Sequence record: PQ478073.1
Length of the DNA: 64,000 nucleotides
Direction: 5' to 3' (one strand)
Source of the DNA: a phage
Numbering within the stretch: position 1 is the first letter of the stretch; each line of letters starts with the position of its first letter. Positions 19,352-28,503 of this stretch are shown in pieces. The position numbers and the translations under genes are program-made. The notes below the pieces were generated by a model. The model saw only the letters and a program-made list of their open reading frames with translations. It was not told the origin of the DNA and did not search any database.

Positions 19352-19379
19352 TGACAAACACATTCAGTACTGTATAATG
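19352..19379 (+). promoter_or_regulatory. promoter TTGACA-N16-TATAAT (AGTACTG-TATAAT type)
   Basis: TTGACA 19352-19357, TATAAT 19374-19379. Confidence 0.6.
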
Positions 19380-19425
19380 CTTATCAAGGGGATGAACTTC
19401 TCATCCCTACAATCGAGGAACTACC

Positions 19426-19980
19426 ATGATTACTTTTAAGAAAACTGCTAACCACATCCATGAAATCTACATTAACGGTCACAAAGCTGGCCTTCTTCGT
19501 TTACTCGCCCATCATCCTGATGTTACCGTATCTGATAATGAACCTAAAGATTGGCGTGTATTTTTCTTTGGAAAGTACAGTGATTTTCAAGTATCAAACC
19601 TGAAGAACATTCGTTCAGTATGCACGTTAACTGAAATTAAAGAAAAGTTAGAAAAAGCATTGAAAACTAATCCAGATGGTGTTCTTCCACCTGATAACTT
19701 TGTAGAGAAAGGTTATGCATTAGCTCATTTCAAAGATGGTACTATTCAATCTATCAGTACTGAATATGAATATCAATGGACTGAGTACTTCACTTATGGA
19801 TCGCGTAATACATTGATGGCTTCACGTAGTAAATTGGAAGAAGTACTGACTCGTATGAATGAACGCGAACGTCAATTTTATGACAAACCAGAAATGTGGA
19901 GTTCAACTTACATTGACCGTATTGACTATGTTATTATGACTCCAATCTTTGACACTGCTTACTATGATTCTTTGAAATAA
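19426..19980 (+). CDS. hypothetical protein (184 aa)
   Basis: GAGGA RBS. Confidence 0.6.
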   Translation: MITFKKTANHIHEIYINGHKAGLLRLLAHHPDVTVSDNEPKDWRVFFFGKYSDFQVSNLKNIRSVCTLTEIKEKLEKALKTNPDGVLPPDNFVEKGYALAHFKDGTIQSISTEYEYQWTEYFTYGSRNTLMASRSKLEEVLTRMNERERQFYDKPEMWSSTYIDRIDYVIMTPIFDTAYYDSLK

Positions 19981-19991
19981 GGATAACTTAT

Positions 19992-20168
19992 ATGAAACTA
20001 CGTACTCGTAATAGACTGATGGATGCACTGTACCATGAACAGCTTTCACTGAATGAAGTGAAGCGTCAGTTAATGTACACATATCTGTTACCCGCTCGCA
20101 TTGCAAAACAACGTGCTAAAGAATTGCTGAAAGAAGCAATCGAGTACTGGGAATCTGATTCGTACTAA
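19992..20168 (+). CDS. hypothetical protein (58 aa)
   Basis: AAGGA RBS; below track cutoff; fills intergenic gap. Confidence 0.4.
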   Translation: MKLRTRNRLMDALYHEQLSLNEVKRQLMYTYLLPARIAKQRAKELLKEAIEYWESDSY

Positions 20169-20207
20169 TATTACGTGATATGTCACGTTAATTAAGTGAG
20201 GCGATAA

Positions 20208-20459
20208 ATGAAAATATTATTAGTTCTAATACTACTAATAGTTTTACCATTTACTTTAGTATCCCCTGGACTTGCATGGAATGTATTTGTGTACTTAGTA
20301 TGTACTATTGTAGTAAATGGTATCTTGTTCTTAGTTCTATTCATAAATGGAATAGGACACGGTGGAGGATGGACCAGTACTGCTGATATCGTACATAAAA
20401 CCACTATGTCTTTATTTGTAATGTGGAATTTGTTCTGGACTTGGTTTGTGTTCTTCTAA
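20208..20459 (+). CDS. small membrane protein (83 aa)
   Basis: GAGG RBS; hydrophobic. Confidence 0.5.
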   Translation: MKILLVLILLIVLPFTLVSPGLAWNVFVYLVCTIVVNGILFLVLFINGIGHGGGWTSTADIVHKTTMSLFVMWNLFWTWFVFF

Positions 20460-20467
20460 TTAAAAAT

Positions 20468-20839
20468 ATGAATATAGATTTGAAAGGTGCAACCCGAACT
20501 GTTATCCTCATTGGGGAATACGCTATCAAGATTCCAACCTTCAAAAGCTGGAAGTTATTCCTAACTGGAATGATAGCTAACCTCAATGAACGTTCATGGA
20601 TGCAGTACTCCAATCGTAGTGATAGTGGTATCTGCCCTACTTTGTGGTCATCATGTACAGGACTAGTAACTGTACAGAAACGTTGTAAGCCAGTTCAACA
20701 TAGGGGTTTATTTTGGGTGGAGTTGTGTGCTTTAGCATTGAATTCAGAGTTAAGTACTGACTTCTTTTATTCAGATGCGAAGCCAGAAAACTTTGGTTAT
20801 CTGAATGGTAAGTTAGTTAAACTTGATTATGGAGATTAA
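20468..20839 (+). CDS. mini protein-kinase-like protein (123 aa)
   Basis: AIK lysine motif, DAKPEN catalytic loop, DYG (DFG-like). Confidence 0.5.
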   Translation: MNIDLKGATRTVILIGEYAIKIPTFKSWKLFLTGMIANLNERSWMQYSNRSDSGICPTLWSSCTGLVTVQKRCKPVQHRGLFWVELCALALNSELSTDFFYSDAKPENFGYLNGKLVKLDYGD

Positions 20840-20840
20840 G

Positions 20841-21110
20841 ATGTACGCACTGTATAATAAAGAAAAGAAACGATTTGCTAAGGTTGAAATTTCGATTGAT
20901 ACCTTTGATATGTTGGAGTACTGTATTGTGACGGACCTATATGCTAACTTGTATTACGTTCTTGATGACGTATCAGTACTGCAACGATTGCTTGAGAATT
21001 CCAAAAGTCAATGCCAGGGCATCCATGATGGTTCATCTTATGAAACACCTGAGTGTTCCTACGGCTATCTGGACGGGTATGAGATTGTGAAGTTGGGGAT
21101 TGTTGAATAA
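20841..21110 (+). CDS. hypothetical protein (89 aa)
   Basis: ATG 20841 with GGAG RBS. Confidence 0.5.
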   Translation: MYALYNKEKKRFAKVEISIDTFDMLEYCIVTDLYANLYYVLDDVSVLQRLLENSKSQCQGIHDGSSYETPECSYGYLDGYEIVKLGIVE

Positions 21111-21116
21111 AGAAAA

Positions 21117-21149
21117 GGGTTGACTACGGTCAGCCCTTTTTGCTATAAT
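21117..21149 (+). terminator. terminator GGGTTGACTACGGTCAGCCC + T-run fused to promoter
   Basis: TTGACT 21120-21125 in stem; TATAAT 21144-21149; 18-nt spacer. Confidence 0.7.
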
Positions 21150-21177
21150 CATTTCATCGAAACGAGAGGATGAATAC

Positions 21178-21693
21178 ATGACACGCATTAACTTAGTACA
21201 CGTTAAAGAACTTGCTGACCAACATCTGATGGCTGAATATCGTGAACTCCCACGTGTATTTGGTTCTGTACAAAAACACGTTCAAGCACGTAAGCGTGTA
21301 CGTGATTTCAAAATTAACAGTACTTACCTGTTGGGTTCAGGTCATGTAACATTCTTCTACAACAAGTTATTGTACTTACAGAAGCGTCATATTGATATTG
21401 TTAACGAATGTTTGCGTCGTGGTATGAAGATTCAAAACACTGAAGTAAACGACATTAGCGGATTCCCTGCTGAGTTTTGTAATGACTACGTACCATCGGA
21501 GTCAGAGATTAAAATGTCTCGTGATCGTTTGATTGAGAAGCTCCAGATGAAGCCTACGTGGTATAAGTTTACTGATGTTGAATGTCCACAGTACGTTAAA
21601 GATATGCAGAACGTAAGTAGTAAGAACGAATCTAGTACTGATATGTTCGACGAAATTGAAGAACAAATCAAAGATGAAATGAATAATTATTAA
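21178..21693 (+). CDS. denV: endonuclease V, pyrimidine-dimer DNA glycosylase (T4 DenV homologue)
   Basis: [29 protein letters not shown]...RVRDFKI...[10 protein letters not shown] matches T4 DenV from memory; GAGGA RBS. Confidence 0.85.
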   Translation: MTRINLVHVKELADQHLMAEYRELPRVFGSVQKHVQARKRVRDFKINSTYLLGSGHVTFFYNKLLYLQKRHIDIVNECLRRGMKIQNTEVNDISGFPAEFCNDYVPSESEIKMSRDRLIEKLQMKPTWYKFTDVECPQYVKDMQNVSSKNESSTDMFDEIEEQIKDEMNNY

Positions 21694-21699
21694 AGGAAA

Positions 21700-21716
21700 G
21701 GATTGACTTCGGTCAC
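21700..21716 (+). other. degenerate copy of the TTGACT hairpin element (no T-run)
   Basis: GGATTGACTTCGGTCAC. Confidence 0.3.
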
Positions 21717-21731
21717 ACAAAGGAACATAAC

Positions 21732-21926
21732 ATGTTATTAGTATATTCAAAGCGTTTCTGGATTTCTTTCATTGTACTTTCGCTAATCGGCTTCGGTGTG
21801 AGTATAATCTTTTCGTGGGATGAATTGGGTACATGGTATTATGAAGTTCCGTGGTACATGAAGATAGCTCCTTGTTATGCGGCATTGTTCGTGTCATTCC
21901 TTATTGTTGTCTTCAGCGAGGATTAG
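21732..21926 (+). CDS. small membrane protein (64 aa)
   Basis: AAAGGAA RBS; two hydrophobic segments. Confidence 0.5.
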   Translation: MLLVYSKRFWISFIVLSLIGFGVSIIFSWDELGTWYYEVPWYMKIAPCYAALFVSFLIVVFSED

Positions 21927-22032
21927 TTGATGTAGTATGTGCTACACCAAAGTATTTGGATATTTTAGATATAAACATTGACACCTGTTCTATCTTTCTG
22001 TATTATGTACATCACCAAATGAGGAATACAAC

Positions 22033-22392
22033 ATGGCATCTTTAAGTGAAATCGCAGAATACAACCCACTAACAATCTCAACAATTCAACGTACAAAAAC
22101 TTTTTATTTCCGTCCTGCTGATGGATGGAAACGTGGAATGAATGGTGACTATCGAGTACTGGAAGATTCACTAATCGAGCGTATCAACTCTGAACTACAG
22201 AAGTATGAAGGTGTTAAAGTTGTGCGTTCAACTTCTCGTTATTTTGAGTACTACATTGAGTCTTCAACTGTAAATGAAAACTCATCATTATCGGTGGACA
22301 ACACTGATATTCTTCGTAATGCAGTTGGTATGTTATGCAACATTGCAGAAGAAATGGGATTAACTATTAGTACTATGAGTGAGTTAGAATAA
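22033..22392 (+). CDS. hypothetical protein (119 aa)
   Basis: GAGGAA RBS. Confidence 0.55.
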   Translation: MASLSEIAEYNPLTISTIQRTKTFYFRPADGWKRGMNGDYRVLEDSLIERINSELQKYEGVKVVRSTSRYFEYYIESSTVNENSSLSVDNTDILRNAVGMLCNIAEEMGLTISTMSELE

Positions 22393-22398
22393 CATAAA

Positions 22399-22431
22399 GG
22401 GTTGACTTCGGTCAGCCCTTTTTGCTATAAT
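22399..22431 (+). terminator. terminator fused to promoter
   Basis: TTGACT 22402-22407; TATAAT 22426-22431. Confidence 0.7.
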
Positions 22432-22457
22432 CATTTCATCAACTCAAGAGGCAACAC

Positions 22458-22691
22458 ATGAAACTATCTTTTATACGATTGGCTGAATTCTTTGGTACTG
22501 ATGTAATTACTCTACAACAAATCGCAGATAATACATCATTAACTACACAAGAAGTACTTGACTTAGATGTAATTCAGTGCGATAATACTTCCATCGATTA
22601 CAAAGAAGGTCTTGTCGAAAAAGATAAGATTCAAGCTAAAATTAATGGTGCTGGACGGGTTCAGTACTGGAAAGGAGTTTTAAGTAAATGA
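22458..22691 (+). CDS. hypothetical protein (77 aa)
   Basis: AGAGG RBS. Confidence 0.5.
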   Translation: MKLSFIRLAEFFGTDVITLQQIADNTSLTTQEVLDLDVIQCDNTSIDYKEGLVEKDKIQAKINGAGRVQYWKGVLSK

Positions 22692-24112
22692 AAATTTATA
22701 TTGATAAATTTGGAACGACTTATGAATATTATGATTATACACATTATAATTCATATATACAAAAAAATCATAACCAAATGTCACCTTATTTGCATTATGA
22801 AGATTTAATGGAACTATTCTCTAAAAATGTAAATTCTATTAAATTTATTGGTTTTAAAGATCCAACATGGAAAAGTTCACATACGCATGTGTATTTTGAA
22901 TATGATAATATGGTATATGAACATTCAATATCAAATATCAAAACAAAATTCGCTGATCATAGATATAAACCAGGTAGACTATGTAGAACCTTGGAACAAA
23001 TTATAAATGAGTCCATTTATATATTTAAAAAATATGATAAATTTAATTTTCATAGCATTGCATCATTTAATGGAGCACGAACTATAATCAATTATACAAT
23101 TGAAGGACGTGAAAGAATATTTTCTATATCATTCAATTCATTAATAAAAGATTTTAAAGGGGGAAGCCCATGTTATTCATATGAAGAAGTAGAAAATATA
23201 TCTATAAAAAAATTAAATGAACATAATTTGAGATTTATCTCAATTAGTAAATTTAATGGTGTGTTTAGTTGTATTGAATATGAACAACCAACTCAGAAAG
23301 GAAAAAAATATGTTGATTTTAATATATTAATCTATAATGAATGGAAAGGTAATCTACCGAATATAACTAATGAAGAGGTGAATAATCGAATTTCAGAAAA
23401 AATGAAAAAACTAAATATCAATGAATATGAAATTGTAGAATATAACAGTACTAGGAGCATGGTTGAATATACAGTTGATGATATTTCATATACAACTAGT
23501 TACGATAAGATTATGCATCCAACTTGGAAAGGTAATCCAAGATATACAAAAGAAAGAATAATAAAATTGTCGAAAAAATATTGCAAGGGTAAAAAATTTC
23601 AATTTAATAAAATAATTGGTAATGTTAAAGGAATTAATACTATCATTGAATTAGAACTTGAAAATGGTATGTTTATATATCCAAAATTTATACAATTAAA
23701 AGGAGGTTCTGACTTTAATACATCCACTGATGGTAAGATTTTAACAGAAATAATTTATCCTTTGTTCGACAATTATATCACACAAAAACGTTTTGAAAAT
23801 TGTAGAAATCCTGAAACTGGATACTTGTTGCCATATGATTTGTATGTTCCAGAATTTAATTTATTATTAGAAAAAGATGGAGTGCAACATTACAATCCAA
23901 CAGCATATTTTAATAAAACATATGAATCATATTTGAAATTGAGAGAGAGAGATGAATTTAAAAACAAATATGCCATATCAAATGGTTATAATTTCATGCG
24001 AATAGCAGATTATGAAGATCATGAAAAAATATTGAAATCTTTCCTTAAACTCATTGAAGAGAATCCAGGAAAGCAAATTGTGCAGATCTATGGTGAAGTA
24101 CAAATTATCTAA
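22688..24112 (+). CDS. AT-rich repeat-containing protein (474 aa); candidate nuclease or homing-type gene
   Basis: Very low GC versus neighbours; internal PTWK(G/S) repeats; C-terminal D...EKDG motif. Confidence 0.5.
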   Translation: MKIYIDKFGTTYEYYDYTHYNSYIQKNHNQMSPYLHYEDLMELFSKNVNSIKFIGFKDPTWKSSHTHVYFEYDNMVYEHSISNIKTKFADHRYKPGRLCRTLEQIINESIYIFKKYDKFNFHSIASFNGARTIINYTIEGRERIFSISFNSLIKDFKGGSPCYSYEEVENISIKKLNEHNLRFISISKFNGVFSCIEYEQPTQKGKKYVDFNILIYNEWKGNLPNITNEEVNNRISEKMKKLNINEYEIVEYNSTRSMVEYTVDDISYTTSYDKIMHPTWKGNPRYTKERIIKLSKKYCKGKKFQFNKIIGNVKGINTIIELELENGMFIYPKFIQLKGGSDFNTSTDGKILTEIIYPLFDNYITQKRFENCRNPETGYLLPYDLYVPEFNLLLEKDGVQHYNPTAYFNKTYESYLKLRERDEFKNKYAISNGYNFMRIADYEDHEKILKSFLKLIEENPGKQIVQIYGEVQII

Positions 24113-24119
24113 AACAAAA

Positions 24120-24152
24120 GGGTTGACTTCGGTCGGCCCTTTTTGCTATAAT
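24120..24152 (+). terminator. terminator fused to promoter
   Basis: GGGTTGACTTCGGTCGGCCC + T-run; TATAAT 24147-24152. Confidence 0.7.
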
Positions 24153-24180
24153 CATTTCATCAACTCAAGAGGATAAAGAC

Positions 24181-24951
24181 ATGACCAGAGAAGCACGCAG
24201 CATTCAAATTCAGAAAAACTTCAACTCCATGATGGTTGCTCTTGAGTGTTTGCTCGATGATAGCAGTACTGTAAAAAGTATGGTTGTCAGTGGTGCTCCT
24301 GGTGTTGGCAAGACTTACACCTTGTCCCAACGTCTCCAGATGGCTCATGACGCAGCAGAATGGAACGTAGCTACTATCAGTGGTAAGATGACTACTCTTG
24401 CTCTGTACGAAGTTCTGTACAAGAATCGTCACAGCACCAACGTATTAGTACTTGATGATATGGATAGCATCTTTGAATCAGAAGATGGTATGAACCTACT
24501 CAAAGCTGTTTTGGATAGTGGTAAGCGTACTGTATCTTATATGACTAGCTCTAAGTACTTGAGCACTAACGGCATTCCTAATAGCTTTGATTTTAATGGT
24601 CGCATCGTATTCATTACTAACAAAGATTTAGCGTTAGATGCTAAAGCTAAAACTAAAATGTCTGCTCATTATGCTGCTCTTATGTCTCGTTCTGTGTACG
24701 TGGATTTACAGATTCAGACTAAAAGTGATATCATGATTCATATTGAAAATGTAATGACTAAGACTAATATTCTTGCATCTAAAGGTGTTAACAGTAACGG
24801 CAGTAAAGCAATTCTGAACTGGATGTTAAAACATGAAGATAATCTTCGTGCACCATCCCTGCGTATGCCTTTGTTGATTTCAGCAGTATATAACAACAAT
24901 CCGTATGATTGGGAAGAACAATGTGAAAACTTGTTCCTTGAGAAAATCTAA
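24181..24951 (+). CDS. P-loop NTPase (AAA-like)
   Basis: Walker A GAPGVGKT; Walker B-like VLVLDDMD. Confidence 0.65.
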   Translation: MTREARSIQIQKNFNSMMVALECLLDDSSTVKSMVVSGAPGVGKTYTLSQRLQMAHDAAEWNVATISGKMTTLALYEVLYKNRHSTNVLVLDDMDSIFESEDGMNLLKAVLDSGKRTVSYMTSSKYLSTNGIPNSFDFNGRIVFITNKDLALDAKAKTKMSAHYAALMSRSVYVDLQIQTKSDIMIHIENVMTKTNILASKGVNSNGSKAILNWMLKHEDNLRAPSLRMPLLISAVYNNNPYDWEEQCENLFLEKI

Positions 24952-25018
24952 TTACATATGTTGACAGTACTACCATCGTGTAGTACTATAACTTAATATT
25001 CACCACCGGAGATACGAT

Positions 25019-25360
25019 ATGCTTGAGTTTTTTAATTCAGATACAATGCTTGGTATCACGCTAATTTACATGTTTGTATTTTTGTGTTATCATTCAATTG
25101 TAATTAGTCTGTGGTATTTTAAAAGGAAAATTGTTTTTAAATTGTATTCGGATGATAATGTAGTCTTAGTTTTATATAGTATTATCCAAGGTGGGTTTAT
25201 TTTATTTGGTGTGATGACATATGCGATTTACATGTTACAAATTGATAATACACCACACATTACACAATATCTTGTGTTTTCAGGTCTAATCGTGTGGTTA
25301 TTGGTGTGTACTATGTATTTTATTATTAAAGCTCGTGATAACTTTAAATGGGGATTCTAA
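25019..25360 (+). CDS. small multi-TM membrane protein, family M
   Basis: GGAG RBS; paralogue of next gene (MLEFFxSDTM). Confidence 0.6.
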   Translation: MLEFFNSDTMLGITLIYMFVFLCYHSIVISLWYFKRKIVFKLYSDDNVVLVLYSIIQGGFILFGVMTYAIYMLQIDNTPHITQYLVFSGLIVWLLVCTMYFIIKARDNFKWGF

Positions 25361-25698
25361 TGTTAGAATTTTTTAAATCAGATACAATGATTAGTATTAC
25401 TTTGATTTATCTTTTTGGTTTTTTCTTTTATCATGCACTGGTTGTAGTACTATGGTATTTTAAAAAGAAAATTGTTTTTAAACTGTATCCAGTGAGGAAT
25501 TCATCACTAGTTCTTTACACACTTGTTCAAGGTTTGTTTGCAATTGTTGGTCTTATGGCACACTTAATTTATTGTGCTAATCCTCACTTGAACTCAATCT
25601 CACAATATATTGTATTCTTTGGGTTGTTCATTTGGTTAGTTGTATACTTAATCCATCTCATTATTCATGGTAGAGATAAAATTCGCGGAGACTTCTAA
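25360..25698 (+). CDS. small multi-TM membrane protein, family M
   Basis: ATG overlaps upstream stop; N-terminus MLEFFKSDTM. Confidence 0.6.
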   Translation: MLEFFKSDTMISITLIYLFGFFFYHALVVVLWYFKKKIVFKLYPVRNSSLVLYTLVQGLFAIVGLMAHLIYCANPHLNSISQYIVFFGLFIWLVVYLIHLIIHGRDKIRGDF

Positions 25699-26045
25699 TG
25701 TTTGAAGCTTATCTTGAGTTTTTAAGGAGTAGTTCAGTTGCACATTCACTTGCAGGGATTATTCTAACAACTTATGTATCATTTTGGGTAGTTATGTTTC
25801 TAGGATGGTATTTTAAACGACAATTCTATAAACGTAATGGTGAAGATTTTATGAATTCTGCCATTAATCAATCGTTGTTTGCATCAACATTGATTGCATG
25901 TATTGTAGCAACACTCACAGGAAAGGTACTACCAGCTTTTTCCGCAGTTTACGGCACACTTGGGATGATATGTTTAACTTTTATATTGACCATTAAAATT
26001 TGTTGTGTTATGATTGAACTTCGAAATAAGATACCGGAGGAATGA
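25698..26045 (+). CDS. small multi-TM membrane protein, family M
   Basis: C-terminus LRNKIPEE. Confidence 0.55.
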   Translation: MFEAYLEFLRSSSVAHSLAGIILTTYVSFWVVMFLGWYFKRQFYKRNGEDFMNSAINQSLFASTLIACIVATLTGKVLPAFSAVYGTLGMICLTFILTIKICCVMIELRNKIPEE

Positions 26046-26380
26046 TGGAGTACTTTATTGATTTACTGCCGTGGTATATGAAAGTTAGTACCATGTACTA
26101 TATTATTAGTGCTGGATTCTACTTTCTGATGTGGTTCTTTAAACGACCAATTTCAGTATTCATCGCTGATAACATGCTGCAATTAAAATTACACGCATGG
26201 TTTGGTCTGGCGATGATTATGCCTATTATTCACTACTCAATGATTAGTAGAGGTTTCCGTTCTAATGGTGAACCAATTGTATTAGTATTCTATTGGGGTT
26301 CAACTATTGCATATGTAAGTTTGTTGTTGTTCCCAGTCGTTCATAAGTTACGTGCTAAAGTTCCTGATGCGAGGTACTAA
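26042..26380 (+). CDS. small multi-TM membrane protein, family M
   Basis: C-terminus LRAKVPDARY. Confidence 0.55.
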   Translation: MMEYFIDLLPWYMKVSTMYYIISAGFYFLMWFFKRPISVFIADNMLQLKLHAWFGLAMIMPIIHYSMISRGFRSNGEPIVLVFYWGSTIAYVSLLLFPVVHKLRAKVPDARY

Positions 26381-26694
26381 TGGATATAGTAACATTGATT
26401 TACACGTTGTATTCATTCTATTTCATTATGTGTTGGGTTGGATTTTTATTTGTACTCAAGATGTTTGATTATGTTGAAAAACAGATAAAAGAATTTTGTA
26501 TTCCTTTTATCGGTTCAACCATTATTAGTGTTTCTTGTGTGTATTTTTTGGTTTTTGATCCACCAGATAACACTGCAATGATTGACTTGATGTTACTACC
26601 AACAACTGTTACTTTTTTATGTAGTCTGATGCCGCCGATTAGCCGTGGACTAACAGAATTTAGACGCAATCAAAAGCGTAAACGAGGGATGTAA
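26380..26694 (+). CDS. small multi-TM membrane protein, family M
   Basis: Hydrophobic; basic C-terminus. Confidence 0.55.
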   Translation: MDIVTLIYTLYSFYFIMCWVGFLFVLKMFDYVEKQIKEFCIPFIGSTIISVSCVYFLVFDPPDNTAMIDLMLLPTTVTFLCSLMPPISRGLTEFRRNQKRKRGM

Positions 26695-27062
26695 TGGAAA
26701 TTGCTCTTATTATCTTAACTGCTATGCTGTTTATTAGTACTGTGGTTATAATTGGTAAATTCTTTTGTGTATCATTTTTAGAAACGGTATACGATGAAAT
26801 TGCTGATGATTATGAACTACAAGCCGGATTTTTCATTACGTATTGGCTTAGTTTATTTTGTCTAGTCATTGCTTGGATTTTACATATCTTTAAATGGGGT
26901 ATGGTAGACGGTGATCCTATTATGGCAATTATTGTTCTAGTGTTTGGTATCCTTGGTGGTGCAGTGCATAATCTAATGGTTATCTGGCAAACTGTTCAAT
27001 ATGTTTTGGTTCCCTATTTCGAAAAGATGCACAGTACAATTAAAAAACGTAAACGAGGTTAG
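26694..27062 (+). CDS. small multi-TM membrane protein, family M
   Basis: Hydrophobic; basic C-terminus KKRKRG. Confidence 0.55.
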   Translation: MEIALIILTAMLFISTVVIIGKFFCVSFLETVYDEIADDYELQAGFFITYWLSLFCLVIAWILHIFKWGMVDGDPIMAIIVLVFGILGGAVHNLMVIWQTVQYVLVPYFEKMHSTIKKRKRG

Positions 27063-27063
27063 T

Positions 27064-27426
27064 ATGAACGGGATAGAATTATCTTTCGTTGGTCAATTAC
27101 TAGTAATGGCGTATACATTTATCTTCTCACTGAATGCATTCGTGTGCATTGGGAAGTACTTCCATAAGCGACCATTATCAAATATATATGATGTAATCCA
27201 AAAGAGATATAGTCCAGCATATACTGTGTTGGGTACAGTATTCAATTTTGGTTTTATTGTATTAATAATTGGACTGTTCACATCCTCTTTGAATACAATA
27301 ACCTTCGGTCTTATGATATGTTCATTGGTATTAGCCGTAATTATATGTTGTTTAGTACTGCACCTTGTGGTACTATTGTATATAAAGATCTCTGAAATCC
27401 ACCAACGTTTGGGTATGAGGAAATAA
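27064..27426 (+). CDS. small multi-TM membrane protein, family M
   Basis: ATG 27064 with GAGGT RBS. Confidence 0.55.
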   Translation: MNGIELSFVGQLLVMAYTFIFSLNAFVCIGKYFHKRPLSNIYDVIQKRYSPAYTVLGTVFNFGFIVLIIGLFTSSLNTITFGLMICSLVLAVIICCLVLHLVVLLYIKISEIHQRLGMRK

Positions 27427-27427
27427 T

Positions 27428-27799
27428 ATGAGTTACCGTGAGATATTTTCCATTATTTCAATTATTATGTTCAGTACTGGAACACTGGTATGGTTATTAT
27501 ACTTCTTCTGTATTAATCCAGTGTATAATATGTTATGTAATATTAAATCAAGTGCCGGATATATCACTTTTATGGTCTTTATGGGATATTATTGTCTAAG
27601 CATTTTAGGTGTTGTTTTGGTTGTTATATTTGATGTGGGACCAAATAGTGATGGTATGGAAATACATGAATTAATAACCATGTTTGGATGTATGATACCA
27701 ACAGCACTACTGTTTGTAGCTACTGGTAGTGGATTGATAAAATTATATAATTATTTAAAATCCATTCATAATTCCATTCATAATAAGCGTATGTCATAA
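27428..27799 (+). CDS. small multi-TM membrane protein, family M
   Basis: Hydrophobic; C-terminus IHNKRMS. Confidence 0.55.
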   Translation: MSYREIFSIISIIMFSTGTLVWLLYFFCINPVYNMLCNIKSSAGYITFMVFMGYYCLSILGVVLVVIFDVGPNSDGMEIHELITMFGCMIPTALLFVATGSGLIKLYNYLKSIHNSIHNKRMS

Positions 27800-27805
27800 T
27801 AAAAA

Positions 27806-27827
27806 TCCAGTACTATCAAGTACTGGA
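27806..27827. terminator. palindromic hairpin TCCAGTACT-atca-AGTACTGGA
   Basis: 9-bp stem built on AGTACT; weak T-tract. Confidence 0.35.
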
Positions 27828-27840
27828 TTAATAAGGAGTT

Positions 27841-28503
27841 ATGATGAAAACAAAATTAGGTTTGTTTTATAAAAATTATTTCGTTAAACAGCGTAAATTT
27901 ATAAAAAAATATTTCTTTGGTGAGAAGTCTAGTCCTATAATTTTTAAAAGACCAAGTTATAATACTTACTTAGCTGGTGCTAAACAGTCTAAGAAATTTA
28001 TTACTCTTTTAAATAAAAACAAAATTAAAGCTTCTTATGTTGAAACGAGAAGAAACTCATCAATAACTCCTGGTGATTTTATTGAGTACGGATGTTTCAA
28101 TATTAAGTATAATGATAATACATACTTTATGGATATTGATTGTAATACATCCAATCTTTTTAACATTGTAGTAAATCCATTAAAACAATATAATGTTTAT
28201 GGTGATTCTATTATCAAATTAATCAAAAACAAAGATGGCTTTGATTTTGAAATAAATGTTTTAGATGATAATTTTGACGAAGTACCCGTAAACCCTGAAA
28301 TCTGTGATATTTTAAACAGTTTAAAAGGTAGTACCTACAATATATCATCTGATTTAATGTTTCAGTACTCATTAATCCATAAAGATATTGAAAAGTATAT
28401 TGAATGTTCCAAAATTTTGAATTATCTTTACGATGAATTTAAAAAGAGTTCTAAAATAACCGCATACACTTTGTACAATATTCCTAAAATGGTGAATCTT
28501 TGA
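27841..28503 (+). CDS. AT-rich hypothetical protein (220 aa)
   Basis: AAGGAG RBS; 3' end overlaps convergent RCC1-like gene. Confidence 0.55.
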   Translation: MMKTKLGLFYKNYFVKQRKFIKKYFFGEKSSPIIFKRPSYNTYLAGAKQSKKFITLLNKNKIKASYVETRRNSSITPGDFIEYGCFNIKYNDNTYFMDIDCNTSNLFNIVVNPLKQYNVYGDSIIKLIKNKDGFDFEINVLDDNFDEVPVNPEICDILNSLKGSTYNISSDLMFQYSLIHKDIEKYIECSKILNYLYDEFKKSSKITAYTLYNIPKMVNL

